From positions 1-22,558 of the forward strand of contig CAJWCD010000051.1 of NCBI GenBank assembly GCA_913020725.1: 22,558 nucleotides of DNA, in the 5' to 3' direction. Shown here piece by piece: positions 1 through 7,941 of this stretch; the stretch's first letter is position 1, and the number at the start of each line of letters is the position of its first letter. The notes below the pieces were generated by a model, which saw only the letters and a list, made by a program, of their open reading frames with translations, had not been told where the DNA came from and did not search any database. Source of the DNA: an uncultured Pseudomonadota bacterium. Lineage in GTDB: Bacteria; SAR324; NAC60-12. Made by a program: the position numbers and the translations under genes.

Positions 1-2
1 GT

Positions 3-146
3 GGTGGGGAAGTCTTATTGACCATCATTGCGGTGGTTCTTTGGATTGGCTGGCAAATCTGGCAGATCAAGGCTGAAAATGCCGGCTATGACGAGCAAGT
101 GGCAAAACTGCAAAGAAACCTGCCCAAAGCGGTTTCTGGAGATTAG
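3..146 (+). CDS. 3' end of a small membrane protein (partial)
   Basis: Frame 3 is open from the window edge: GGEVLLTIIAVVLWIGWQIWQIKAENAGYDEQVAKLQRNLPKAVSGD*, TAG at 144-146; one hydrophobic helix then a charged tail. Confidence 0.65.
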   Translation, partial: GGEVLLTIIAVVLWIGWQIWQIKAENAGYDEQVAKLQRNLPKAVSGD

Positions 147-147
147 A

Positions 148-217
148 TCACCGGACTCCGGTGAGTGATTTGAGCTCTGCCTGAACGACGTTGCCGCACC
201 GCGTGTGCGGCGGCGTT
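148..217. terminator. Two hairpins between convergent genes (possible terminator region)
   Basis: TCACCGG-act-CCGGTGA (148-164) and ACGTTGCCGCAC-cgcgt-GTGCGGCGGCGT (~188-217, with G-U pairs); no strong U-tract. Confidence 0.35.
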
Positions 218-376
218 CCTGCCTCCTTATGATTTTCAGAAAAACACGGCTCCTGAACGGAACCGTTCCGGCGGGTCAGTCGCAGGTTTTTCCCGGAATC
301 CAATCGGTTCTGGATAGTGGGACTTGTGCCTGTGAACGCCGAGAAATTTTTGCGCGGGAACGACCGAACGGTTCAA

Positions 377-841
377 TCAACCCTGGGCGGCATGATCGAG
401 GATGGTTTGGAATTCCTGCGGTGTAACAGGCTGGACGGAGAGCCGCTGGCCTTTGCGCAGGAGCAGCATGTCTTCCAGTCCGGGAAGGGTGCGGAGTTCA
501 GCAAGGGGGATTGGGCGGGGAAACTCGGATTCGAACTTCACATCCACCATAAACCAGCGCGGGTTTTCGGGAGTGCTTTTGGGATCGAAGTGGTTGCCGC
601 CCGCATCCCAACTGGTGTGATCGGGGTAGGATTCGCGCACAACCGTGACGGTGCCAACGACAGAGGGGTTGATGTTGCTGTGGTAGAAAAGGGCGCGGTC
701 TCCCAACTTCATCTCGTCGCGCATCAGGTTGCGGGCCTGATAGTTGCGCACTCCATCCCAGCACTCGGTCTGCTCCGGCGAGTTCTTGAGGTCTTCGAGG
801 GAAAAATCGTTAGGTTCCGATTTTAGCAGCCAGAGTTTCAT
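377..841 (-). CDS. EVE domain protein (THYN1/DUF55 family)
   Basis: MKLWLLKSEP..FS..L, WDGVRNYQARN.MRD.MK.GD..LFYHS, DPKS..ENPRW.MVDV and RLSVQPV motifs; ATG at 841 overlaps the upstream stop (ATGA). Confidence 0.95.
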   Translation of the reverse strand: MKLWLLKSEPNDFSLEDLKNSPEQTECWDGVRNYQARNLMRDEMKLGDRALFYHSNINPSVVGTVTVVRESYPDHTSWDAGGNHFDPKSTPENPRWFMVDVKFESEFPRPIPLAELRTLPGLEDMLLLRKGQRLSVQPVTPQEFQTILDHAAQG

Positions 842-1182
842 GCGTCCTCGTCCGGAAGCACGTCGCGTCCGACGCGGAAGGGTTCCATGCGCATCGCCGG
901 ACTGTGCTTGCGCACCCAAAGCCGGACGCGCTCGACGGTCACGCCATTGGGTCCGGTGAGGCTGGGTTGCTCCTCGGCGTAAATCACATCCTCGCTGCGG
1001 AACTCAAAAGCCGTGCCCTGCGGCTCCAGCGGACGGGTGAGCAGCAGCAGCATGTTGGGATTGTAGTGCTGGCGGAGGGAACCGATGAAGGCCACCGCCT
1101 CCGCCTCAAGGTCGTGGAGCGACTTGTGGTAGGGTGCGACGGCGAAGAAATCCCCCTCGCCGAGCAGAGTCTGCGCCGTCAT
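838..1182 (-). CDS. Conserved hypothetical protein, 114 aa
   Basis: ATG at 1182, 8 nt after the ilvC stop; ATGA-coupled to the EVE gene; FIGS.R.H..FEF..ED...EE.P...G....VRLWV..PF.V pattern resembles a small deltaproteobacterial family; no catalytic motif recognised. Confidence 0.8.
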   Translation of the reverse strand: MTAQTLLGEGDFFAVAPYHKSLHDLEAEAVAFIGSLRQHYNPNMLLLLTRPLEPQGTAFEFRSEDVIYAEEQPSLTGPNGVTVERVRLWVRKHSPAMRMEPFRVGRDVLPDEDA

Positions 1183-1190
1183 GTTTGCCT

Positions 1191-2240
1191 TCAGATCTGA
1201 GCATTCTCCGGGCGTAGCGGACGCAACTGTTTGCCGGCTTCCCACATTTCCTGCCCGTCGATCACTGCGAGTTCCTTTTCCAACTGCTGGCGGTAGTCGT
1301 CGCGGGAATTGGACTCAATGGCGATCTGTGCCTCAGTCCCGGCCTTGACGCTGTCATAACATTCCTGAATCACGGGCTTGAGCACTTTGTGGAACTTGGG
1401 AGCCCAGTCGAGCGCACCGCGCTGTGCAGTGGTCGAGCAGTTTGCGTACATCCAGTCCATGCCCTTCTGCGAAACCAGTGGGTAAAGGCTTTCCAACGCT
1501 TCCTCGATGGTCTCGTTGTACGCCTCGGAGGGGGAATGCCCCTGCTCGCGCAACACTTCGTACTGAGCGAGGAACGCGCCTTGGAGCATGCCCATCAGCA
1601 CACAGCGCTCGCCCGTGAGGTCGCTGTACACCTCCTTCTGAAAGCTCGTCTCAAAGAGGTGCCCGGAGCCAATCGCGAAGGCGGTGGCAATCGCTCGGTC
1701 ACGGGCCTTGCCGGTCGCGTCCTGATGAATCGCGAAGGAGGCGTTGATGCCGCGTCCGGCGAGAAAGTGGTTGCGCACCGTCAGTCCAGAGCCTTTGGGG
1801 GCGACGAGGATGACATCGAGGTCGCTCTTGGGTACGATGCTCGTGTGCTCCTTGAAGATAATTCCGAAGCCGTGCGAGAAGTAGAGTGCGTTGCCGGGCT
1901 GGAGCTTGGACTGCACCATCGGCCACATCTGGATCTGTCCGGCATCCGAGAGCAGGTATTGGAGAATCGTTCCTCGTGTGGCGGCTTCCTCGATTTCAAA
2001 GAGCGTTTCGCCCTCAACCCAGCCGTCGGCCAGCGCCTTGTCCCAACTGCGTCCTCGGCGCACTCCGAGGATCACCTTGAAGCCCTGATCGCGCATGTTC
2101 AACCCCTGTCCTCGTCCTTGAGGTCCGTAACCGAGAATCGCCGTCACTTCCTCGTCGAGGATGCTCTTGCAGCGCTCTATCGGATAATCCGTGCGCTCGA
2201 TAATGATTTCCGAATGGCCGGCGATGTTGATCTCCTTCAT
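1191..2240 (-). CDS. ilvC: Ketol-acid reductoisomerase, Ilv5/Bacteroidota-like type
   Basis: GYGPQGRGQGLNMRD Rossmann motif, LLSDAGQ, FSHGF, VAPKGSG, SDLTGERCVLMG, GMDWMYANCSTTAQRGALDW; AAGGAG RBS upstream of ATG 2240. Confidence 0.97.
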   Translation of the reverse strand: MKEINIAGHSEIIIERTDYPIERCKSILDEEVTAILGYGPQGRGQGLNMRDQGFKVILGVRRGRSWDKALADGWVEGETLFEIEEAATRGTILQYLLSDAGQIQMWPMVQSKLQPGNALYFSHGFGIIFKEHTSIVPKSDLDVILVAPKGSGLTVRNHFLAGRGINASFAIHQDATGKARDRAIATAFAIGSGHLFETSFQKEVYSDLTGERCVLMGMLQGAFLAQYEVLREQGHSPSEAYNETIEEALESLYPLVSQKGMDWMYANCSTTAQRGALDWAPKFHKVLKPVIQECYDSVKAGTEAQIAIESNSRDDYRQQLEKELAVIDGQEMWEAGKQLRPLRPENAQI

Positions 2241-2457
2241 CGAATTGCTCCTTGAATGTGCAGTGAATGGGACGACTCTGTCCCGGATTTGGTTATTCCA
2301 AATACGATGGCGGGCAGTGGGGGGAAAGTCAATCCAATCAAGCATGACGGGATCCTCTTGAGCAATCTGAGGCTGAGGCTCTCCGGAAGTGGTCCGGGGG
2401 GAGTGTTTCCTGCAACTCTGAAACGCCGCAAGGTGCTGTGAGCAGACGAAGCCAGCC

Positions 2458-3210
2458 TCACGCTTTGATGTTGATGCGGCTACCTTGCTGCTCGACCTGC
2501 TGGGTTTCTTCTTGCAGGCCGACGAGTCCGCCGAGCTGACTGATCATCTCGATCGCTCCGAAGAGCAAATGCTCCTCGCCCTGATCCTCCATCATTTTGG
2601 CAAAAGAGCGGTGGACGGACTCGGTGGATTCCATCAGGCGGGCGAACTGGGGTTGTTTGAGAAGGGCGAACGCCTTGAGTTGATCATCCTCATCGCGTAT
2701 GAAATCGGCAAGCTCCTCGCCCAATTCATTAATGTTGTCGAGATCGAGGCGTTTGTATTCCGGAAGTCCCTCGATCTGCTTGCGGGTTTCGTTGGTGAGT
2801 TCACGGATGCGGGTGTGAACGGCGTTGCCAAACTGCTCTGCGGCCTCGGGCTCCAGCAATTGCTTGCGGGCGACGTTTTCGTAGCTGGAGACGATCATGC
2901 CGTAGGAGCGGCGGATGGTCATTGTCTCGCCATGCGATTGTGGCGAGCGGATGTTGTTCGCTTTGCTGTCACGCGGCATCTTCTGCTTACCGATCTGCGG
3001 CGACATTTCCGCCATACGCTTGCCCTCACGCTGCACCGACTCCGAGATTTCCTGCTCGGTTTGCTTGGGTTTAACAGAGGTTTTCGCGTCCTTGGCAGAG
3101 GGTGGATTTCCTGCTGTGGGCTTGGCCTGCTCCACGTCCGGCTCGGAGTCCGCCGACTTTGTGGCATTGGGCGTGGCGGGCGTGGCGGTCTTTTGGGAGG
3201 AAACTTGCAT
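2458..3210 (-). CDS. Hypothetical protein, 250 aa
   Basis: Long ORF with a low-complexity N-terminus, helical core and C-terminal GSRINIKA tail; start uncertain (no clear RBS). Confidence 0.7.
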   Translation of the reverse strand: MQVSSQKTATPATPNATKSADSEPDVEQAKPTAGNPPSAKDAKTSVKPKQTEQEISESVQREGKRMAEMSPQIGKQKMPRDSKANNIRSPQSHGETMTIRRSYGMIVSSYENVARKQLLEPEAAEQFGNAVHTRIRELTNETRKQIEGLPEYKRLDLDNINELGEELADFIRDEDDQLKAFALLKQPQFARLMESTESVHRSFAKMMEDQGEEHLLFGAIEMISQLGGLVGLQEETQQVEQQGSRINIKA

Positions 3211-3314
3211 TTTTTCGCATTAGGAGTTCCAGAACTGCTGTGCGGGGCGACATTCAAGAATCCCGCCAGTGCGGTAGGTCCGCCTGCAACCCCCTGCATT
3301 TATGGACAAAGAGC

Positions 3315-3343
3315 TTGAATCCTCATGTGCATTTCGGTATTAT
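3315..3343 (+). promoter_or_regulatory. sigma70-like promoter for the pfa operon
   Basis: TTGAAT (3315-3320), 17 nt spacer, TATTAT (3338-3343); ~87 nt before the pfaA ATG in the divergent intergenic region. Confidence 0.55.
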
Positions 3344-3429
3344 TTCAAGATGAATTCTCTCCCCCATTTTGGCCCCGTTTCCGGCACCGCTCGCCCACTC
3401 AGCTTTTGTGCTGAAACCGGAATTTCCGG

Positions 3430-6400
3430 ATGACCACACCGATGCCTGACAACACCCCTACTCCGCGACGCCTCGCCGATTGCCCCATCGCAATCGTAGG
3501 CATGTCCGCTCTCTTCCCCGGCGCTCCGGACCTTGAGCACTACTGGGACAATATCCTCAAGAAGGTGGACAGCATCATTGAGGTTCCGGAGTCGCACTGG
3601 GAGATCGCAGATTACTACGACAAGGATGCCAGTGCCCCCGACAAGACTTACAGCCAGCACGGCGGGTTCATTCCGGAAGTTGATTTCGATCCGATGGAAT
3701 TCGGCATCCCGCCGAACCTGCTGGAGCAGACCGATTCCTCGCAACTGCTGGGATTGCTTGTCGCCCGCACCGCCTTGGAAGACGCTGGCTACATAGAGGC
3801 GACCGCTGCCCTCCGCGAGCGCACGGGCGTGATCCTTGGCGTGACCGCCGGCATGAAACTGCTGGGGTCGCTCAATTCGCGGCTTCAGTACCCGATCTGG
3901 GAGCAGGTGCTGCGCAAGTCCGGACTTTCCGAAGACGAAACCACAAAGGTTGTGGAAAAGCTCAAGGCCGCGTATGTGAAGTGGGAGGAGGCTTCGTTTC
4001 CGGGACTGTTGGGCAACGTCATCGCCGGGCGCATCGCCAATCGTCTCGACCTTGGCGGCACCAATTGCACGGTTGATGCCGCCTGCGGAAGCTCACTTGC
4101 CGCGATGAAGATGTCGGTCAACGATCTCGTGGACGGGCGCGCCGACATGATGATCACAGGTGGAGTTGACACGGACAACTCCCCGTTCATGTACATGTGT
4201 TTCAGCAAAACACCTGCGTTCACCAAAGATGATCGTGTGCGCCCCTTCGATGCTGAATCCAAAGGCATCCTGATCGGCGAAGGCTTGGGCATGGTGGTCC
4301 TCAAACGACTCGCGGATGCAGAGCGTGACGAGGATCAGATCTACGCCGTCCTCAAGGGCATCGGCTCCTCCAGCGATGGGCGTTTCAAAAGCATCTACGC
4401 CCCTCGTGCTTCCGGACAGGCCCGCTGTCTGCGTCGTGCCTATGAGGATGCCGGAGTCGCACCGAACAGCATTGGCCTCATTGAAGCGCACGGCACCGGA
4501 ACTGCTGCCGGGGATGTCACGGAATTTGAGGGACTGCGTGAGGTTTACTCCGCAGCCGCAGTGCCTGCACAATCGGTCGCTCTTGGCAGCATCAAGTCGC
4601 AAATCGGTCACACCAAAGCCACCGCTGGAGCTGCCGGACTCATCAAGACCGCGCTTGCGCTGCACCACAAGGTGCTGCCCCCGCTCATCAATCTGGAGCA
4701 GCCCAATCCCAAGCTCGATGTCGCCAACTCCCCGCTCTATCTCAACAGCGAAACCCGCCCGTGGATTACCACTGGTGCTCCGCGTCGTGCGGGCGTGAGT
4801 TCTTTCGGGTTCGGCGGCACCAACTTCCATTTTGTGCTGGAAGAATATCAGGCCGCGCAAACGCAAGCCTTCCGGATGCAGTCGACTCCCAAACTGGTGC
4901 TGGTTTCCGCAGAATCTCCGGACGCCCTGAAGGCACGGTGCCAAGAGTTGGTCGGACGCCTCGGTGGTGACGAGGGCGAGCAAGCGTTCCGGGAATTGGC
5001 AACGGCTTCTGTTGAGCAACAACCCGCGCAAGCACACGCACGGCTTGGGTTTGTCGCCGAAAATGCGACCGCTGCCGCAGATGCTTTGCAAACGGCTTTG
5101 ACCACCTTCGAGAAAAAACCGGAGGACGAGGCGTGGTCACTCAAGGGCATTGCTTTCCGCAAGCAGGGCATGGACCCCAAGGGCAAGGTGGTCGCGCTCT
5201 TCTCCGGACAGGGTTCGCAGTACCTCAACATGGGGCGCGAACTCTTCCTGAATTTCCCGCCGCTGCTGGAGCCTTATGGCCAAATCAACACGCGGTTTCA
5301 GGATTCCGGACAAACGCCGATCTCACAGATCGTCTTTCCTCCACCTGCGTTTGATGATGACACCAAGCAGGCACAGGATTCCGCCCTGCAACTCACTCAA
5401 CACGCGCAACCGTCCCTTGGCGGATTCAGTGCCGGACTCTTCAAACTCCTGAAAGCCGCCGGATTCCAAGCGGATTTCACTGCCGGACACAGCTTTGGGG
5501 AACTGACCGCGCTCTGGGCTGGAGGTGTGATTTCTGAAGAGGATTACTACACGCTCGCCTACGCCCGTGGACAGGCGATGAAGGCTCCTGACGATCCGGA
5601 TTTCGACGCAGGCACGATGATGGCGGTGATGGGCAAGCTCGAAAATCTGGAGGACGACCTCAAGGAATTCCCGGATGTGGTGATGGCGAATCTCAATTCA
5701 CCTAAACAGATGGTTGTCGCTGGACCCAAAGCTGTGGTGCAGGACGCTCATGCGGCACTCAAGGCGAAAAAATACAATGCCGTGCTGCTGCCCGTTTCTG
5801 CTGCCTTCCACACTCCGCTCGTGGGTCACGCACAAAAGCCTTTTGCCAAAGCCATCCGCGCCGTGAAATTTCAGAAACCGAAAATTCCGGTCTTCTCGAA
5901 CACGACCGCCAAAGCGTACCCGGACGATCCCAAGGCGATCCAGCAGCAATTGGAGGAACACATCCTCAACTCTGTGCGTTTCCGCGAGGAGATCGAAAAC
6001 CTCCATGAAGCCGGAGGGCGGGTTTTCGTGGAGTTCGGTCCGAAGAACGTCCTCACCAAGCTGACGGAAGCGGTTTTGTCCGGGAAGGACTTCAGCGCTG
6101 TTGCGCTCAACGACAGTCCAAAGAAGAACAGTGATCAGCAATTCCGGCAAGCGGTCGCGCAATTGTGCGTCCTCGGCTTGCCGTTGCAGGGTTACGACCC
6201 TTACGGGTGGGAACGCACCAAGCCCAAACGCAAGCGTTCGCCGTTGACGATGCCGATGAGCGGAGCAAACTATGTCAGCGCGGCGACCCGCAAAGCTTTT
6301 GACGATGCCATGAACGACGGTTTCCAGATCAAATCCGGCGGTTCCGGTTCCGGCAATGCCCCGGCGACTCCGAGTGCGATGCCCGGCAGATTCACGCCAC

Positions 6401-7941
6401 CACCCAGTTCCATGGCCGCTGCTCCGGCGCAACCCAAACCTGCGACCGTTGCCACACCCTCCAGCAGTGCGGCCCCAAGTGTTTCACCAAGTCCTGTTTC
6501 CATGACTCAACCAACAACCCCCATGACCGTCTCTTCCGTTGCACCTTCCGGAGTGGACGCCGCCGGGATTTACCAATATCAGCAATCCGCCCTTCAGGTT
6601 CATCAGCAGTATCTGCAACAGCAGGGCGAGTATTCCCGGACAGTGTTGCAACTGCTTCAGCAGCAACTGCAACTCGTCTCGCAAGGCCAAGCGATCCCGG
6701 AACCGGTGTCACAGAGCATGCAATGGTTCCACGCGCATCAAGGCGAAACCCTGCGCGTGCATGAGCAATACCTCCAGCAACAGGCAGAGCAGATGCGGGC
6801 CATCACTGGAACTGCCCCACTTGCTTCCCCTGTTGCTCCTGTTGCGGCTCCCGTTGCCATCTCGGCCCCACAGCCGCAACTCATGCCTGTGGCTCCGGCA
6901 CCAATGGCTGCCCCGCCGATGATGCCGCAGCCGACGATTCCGGCTCCGCAAGTCACTACGGCTTCGGCTCCAGCCCAACTTCCGTCCGCCACACCTGTGG
7001 CTCCAGCCGAACCTGCAGAAGACGTGGAGTCCGTGTTGTTGAGCGTGGTTGCCGAAAAAACAGGCTATCCCCGCGAAATGCTCGAAGCCGGAATGGACCT
7101 CGAAGCCGACCTTGGTGTTGATTCCATCAAGCGCGTCGAAATCCTCGGAACATTGCAAGATCAGATTCCCGAACTGCCGACCATCCGGGGCGAAGAATTG
7201 GGCGAATTGCGCACCCTCGCACAAATCACCGACTACCTCAAAAACCAGCTTCCAGAAACCAGCGCGGGTGTGCCACCCCGTGCTTCCGAGGTTCCGGCTC
7301 CGGAGGCGAATGCTTCCAGCGGCAGCGATCCTGCCGCAGCTTTGCAGGCAGTCATCAGCGAGAAAACGGGTTATCCTGTCGAAATGCTGGAGCTCGGCAT
7401 GGAGTTGGAAGCCGACCTTGGCGTTGACTCCATCAAGCGTGTTGAGATCATGTGGGCGATTCAGGAAAAATTTCCGGAACTGCCGCCGATCAACAATGCC
7501 GAGGTTGCCGAACTGCGCACCCTCCAGCAAATCACAGATCACCTGCAAGCCAACCTCTCAAAAACTCCAATCAACGGGGGAGAGGCCACCAACGGTTCCG
7601 GAGAGGACAGCAGCAACGGACACACGGTTTTCCAGCCGGATGTTGAAACACTGAGCAGCAACCTGTTGGCGATCATCGCAGAAAAAACCGGCTACCCCAC
7701 GGACATGCTCGAACTCAGCATGGACCTTGAAGCCGACCTTGGGGTTGATTCCATCAAGCGCGTCGAAATCATGTGGGCGGTGCAGGAGAAATTTCCGGTC
7801 CTCCCGCAACTCAACAACAGCGAACTCGGCGAACTGCGCACCCTCCAGCAAATCATTGACCGCCTCGCCACCGAACTGCCCGGACTCCCCACGGCGGCAC
7901 TGGGCGCATCCCCGGCAACAGCGCAAAAAAAAAACCTTTAG
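3430..7941 (+). CDS. pfaA: PUFA synthase PfaA-like, N-terminal part: KS - MAT - Gln/Pro/Ala linker - 3x ACP
   Basis: KS DAACGSS, EAHGTGT, GHTKATAG; AT GQGSQY, GHSFGE, SAAFH; three LEADLGVDSIKRVEI ACP motifs; ends AQKKNL* at an A10 run. Confidence 0.93.
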   Translation: MTTPMPDNTPTPRRLADCPIAIVGMSALFPGAPDLEHYWDNILKKVDSIIEVPESHWEIADYYDKDASAPDKTYSQHGGFIPEVDFDPMEFGIPPNLLEQTDSSQLLGLLVARTALEDAGYIEATAALRERTGVILGVTAGMKLLGSLNSRLQYPIWEQVLRKSGLSEDETTKVVEKLKAAYVKWEEASFPGLLGNVIAGRIANRLDLGGTNCTVDAACGSSLAAMKMSVNDLVDGRADMMITGGVDTDNSPFMYMCFSKTPAFTKDDRVRPFDAESKGILIGEGLGMVVLKRLADAERDEDQIYAVLKGIGSSSDGRFKSIYAPRASGQARCLRRAYEDAGVAPNSIGLIEAHGTGTAAGDVTEFEGLREVYSAAAVPAQSVALGSIKSQIGHTKATAGAAGLIKTALALHHKVLPPLINLEQPNPKLDVANSPLYLNSETRPWITTGAPRRAGVSSFGFGGTNFHFVLEEYQAAQTQAFRMQSTPKLVLVSAESPDALKARCQELVGRLGGDEGEQAFRELATASVEQQPAQAHARLGFVAENATAAADALQTALTTFEKKPEDEAWSLKGIAFRKQGMDPKGKVVALFSGQGSQYLNMGRELFLNFPPLLEPYGQINTRFQDSGQTPISQIVFPPPAFDDDTKQAQDSALQLTQHAQPSLGGFSAGLFKLLKAAGFQADFTAGHSFGELTALWAGGVISEEDYYTLAYARGQAMKAPDDPDFDAGTMMAVMGKLENLEDDLKEFPDVVMANLNSPKQMVVAGPKAVVQDAHAALKAKKYNAVLLPVSAAFHTPLVGHAQKPFAKAIRAVKFQKPKIPVFSNTTAKAYPDDPKAIQQQLEEHILNSVRFREEIENLHEAGGRVFVEFGPKNVLTKLTEAVLSGKDFSAVALNDSPKKNSDQQFRQAVAQLCVLGLPLQGYDPYGWERTKPKRKRSPLTMPMSGANYVSAATRKAFDDAMNDGFQIKSGGSGSGNAPATPSAMPGRFTPPPSSMAAAPAQPKPATVATPSSSAAPSVSPSPVSMTQPTTPMTVSSVAPSGVDAAGIYQYQQSALQVHQQYLQQQGEYSRTVLQLLQQQLQLVSQGQAIPEPVSQSMQWFHAHQGETLRVHEQYLQQQAEQMRAITGTAPLASPVAPVAAPVAISAPQPQLMPVAPAPMAAPPMMPQPTIPAPQVTTASAPAQLPSATPVAPAEPAEDVESVLLSVVAEKTGYPREMLEAGMDLEADLGVDSIKRVEILGTLQDQIPELPTIRGEELGELRTLAQITDYLKNQLPETSAGVPPRASEVPAPEANASSGSDPAAALQAVISEKTGYPVEMLELGMELEADLGVDSIKRVEIMWAIQEKFPELPPINNAEVAELRTLQQITDHLQANLSKTPINGGEATNGSGEDSSNGHTVFQPDVETLSSNLLAIIAEKTGYPTDMLELSMDLEADLGVDSIKRVEIMWAVQEKFPVLPQLNNSELGELRTLQQIIDRLATELPGLPTAALGASPATAQKKNL
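7021..7880 (+). repeat. Three tandem ACP domain repeats
   Basis: EKTGYP..MLE..M.LEADLGVDSIKRVEI....ELRTL.QI three times (~7021-7254, ~7336-7560, ~7645-7880); DNA repeat gaagccgaccttggNgttgaNtccatcaagcg. Confidence 0.9.
7925..7941 (+). other. Candidate -1 frameshift / transcriptional slippage site
   Basis: GCG CAA AAA AAA AAC CTT TAG; A10 at 7925-7934; A_AAA_AAC at 7929-7935 in the correct phase; the -1 frame is open 7860-10478. Confidence 0.6.

Noticed and set aside
842..2345. Longer N-termini called by the ORF track (919, 1245, 2345)
   Set aside because: They overlap upstream genes or leaders; RBS, coupling and family motifs support starts at 841, 1182 and 2240.
1389..3318. Long + strand ORFs 1389..2255 and 2485..3318
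   Set aside because: Antisense shadows of ilvC and the hypothetical gene, as expected in GC-rich DNA; no motifs.
6340..7020. Pro/Ala-rich and Gln-rich low-complexity stretch
   Set aside because: Typical PfaA linker between MAT and ACP (QVHQQYL-type repeats); codon-level repetition only.
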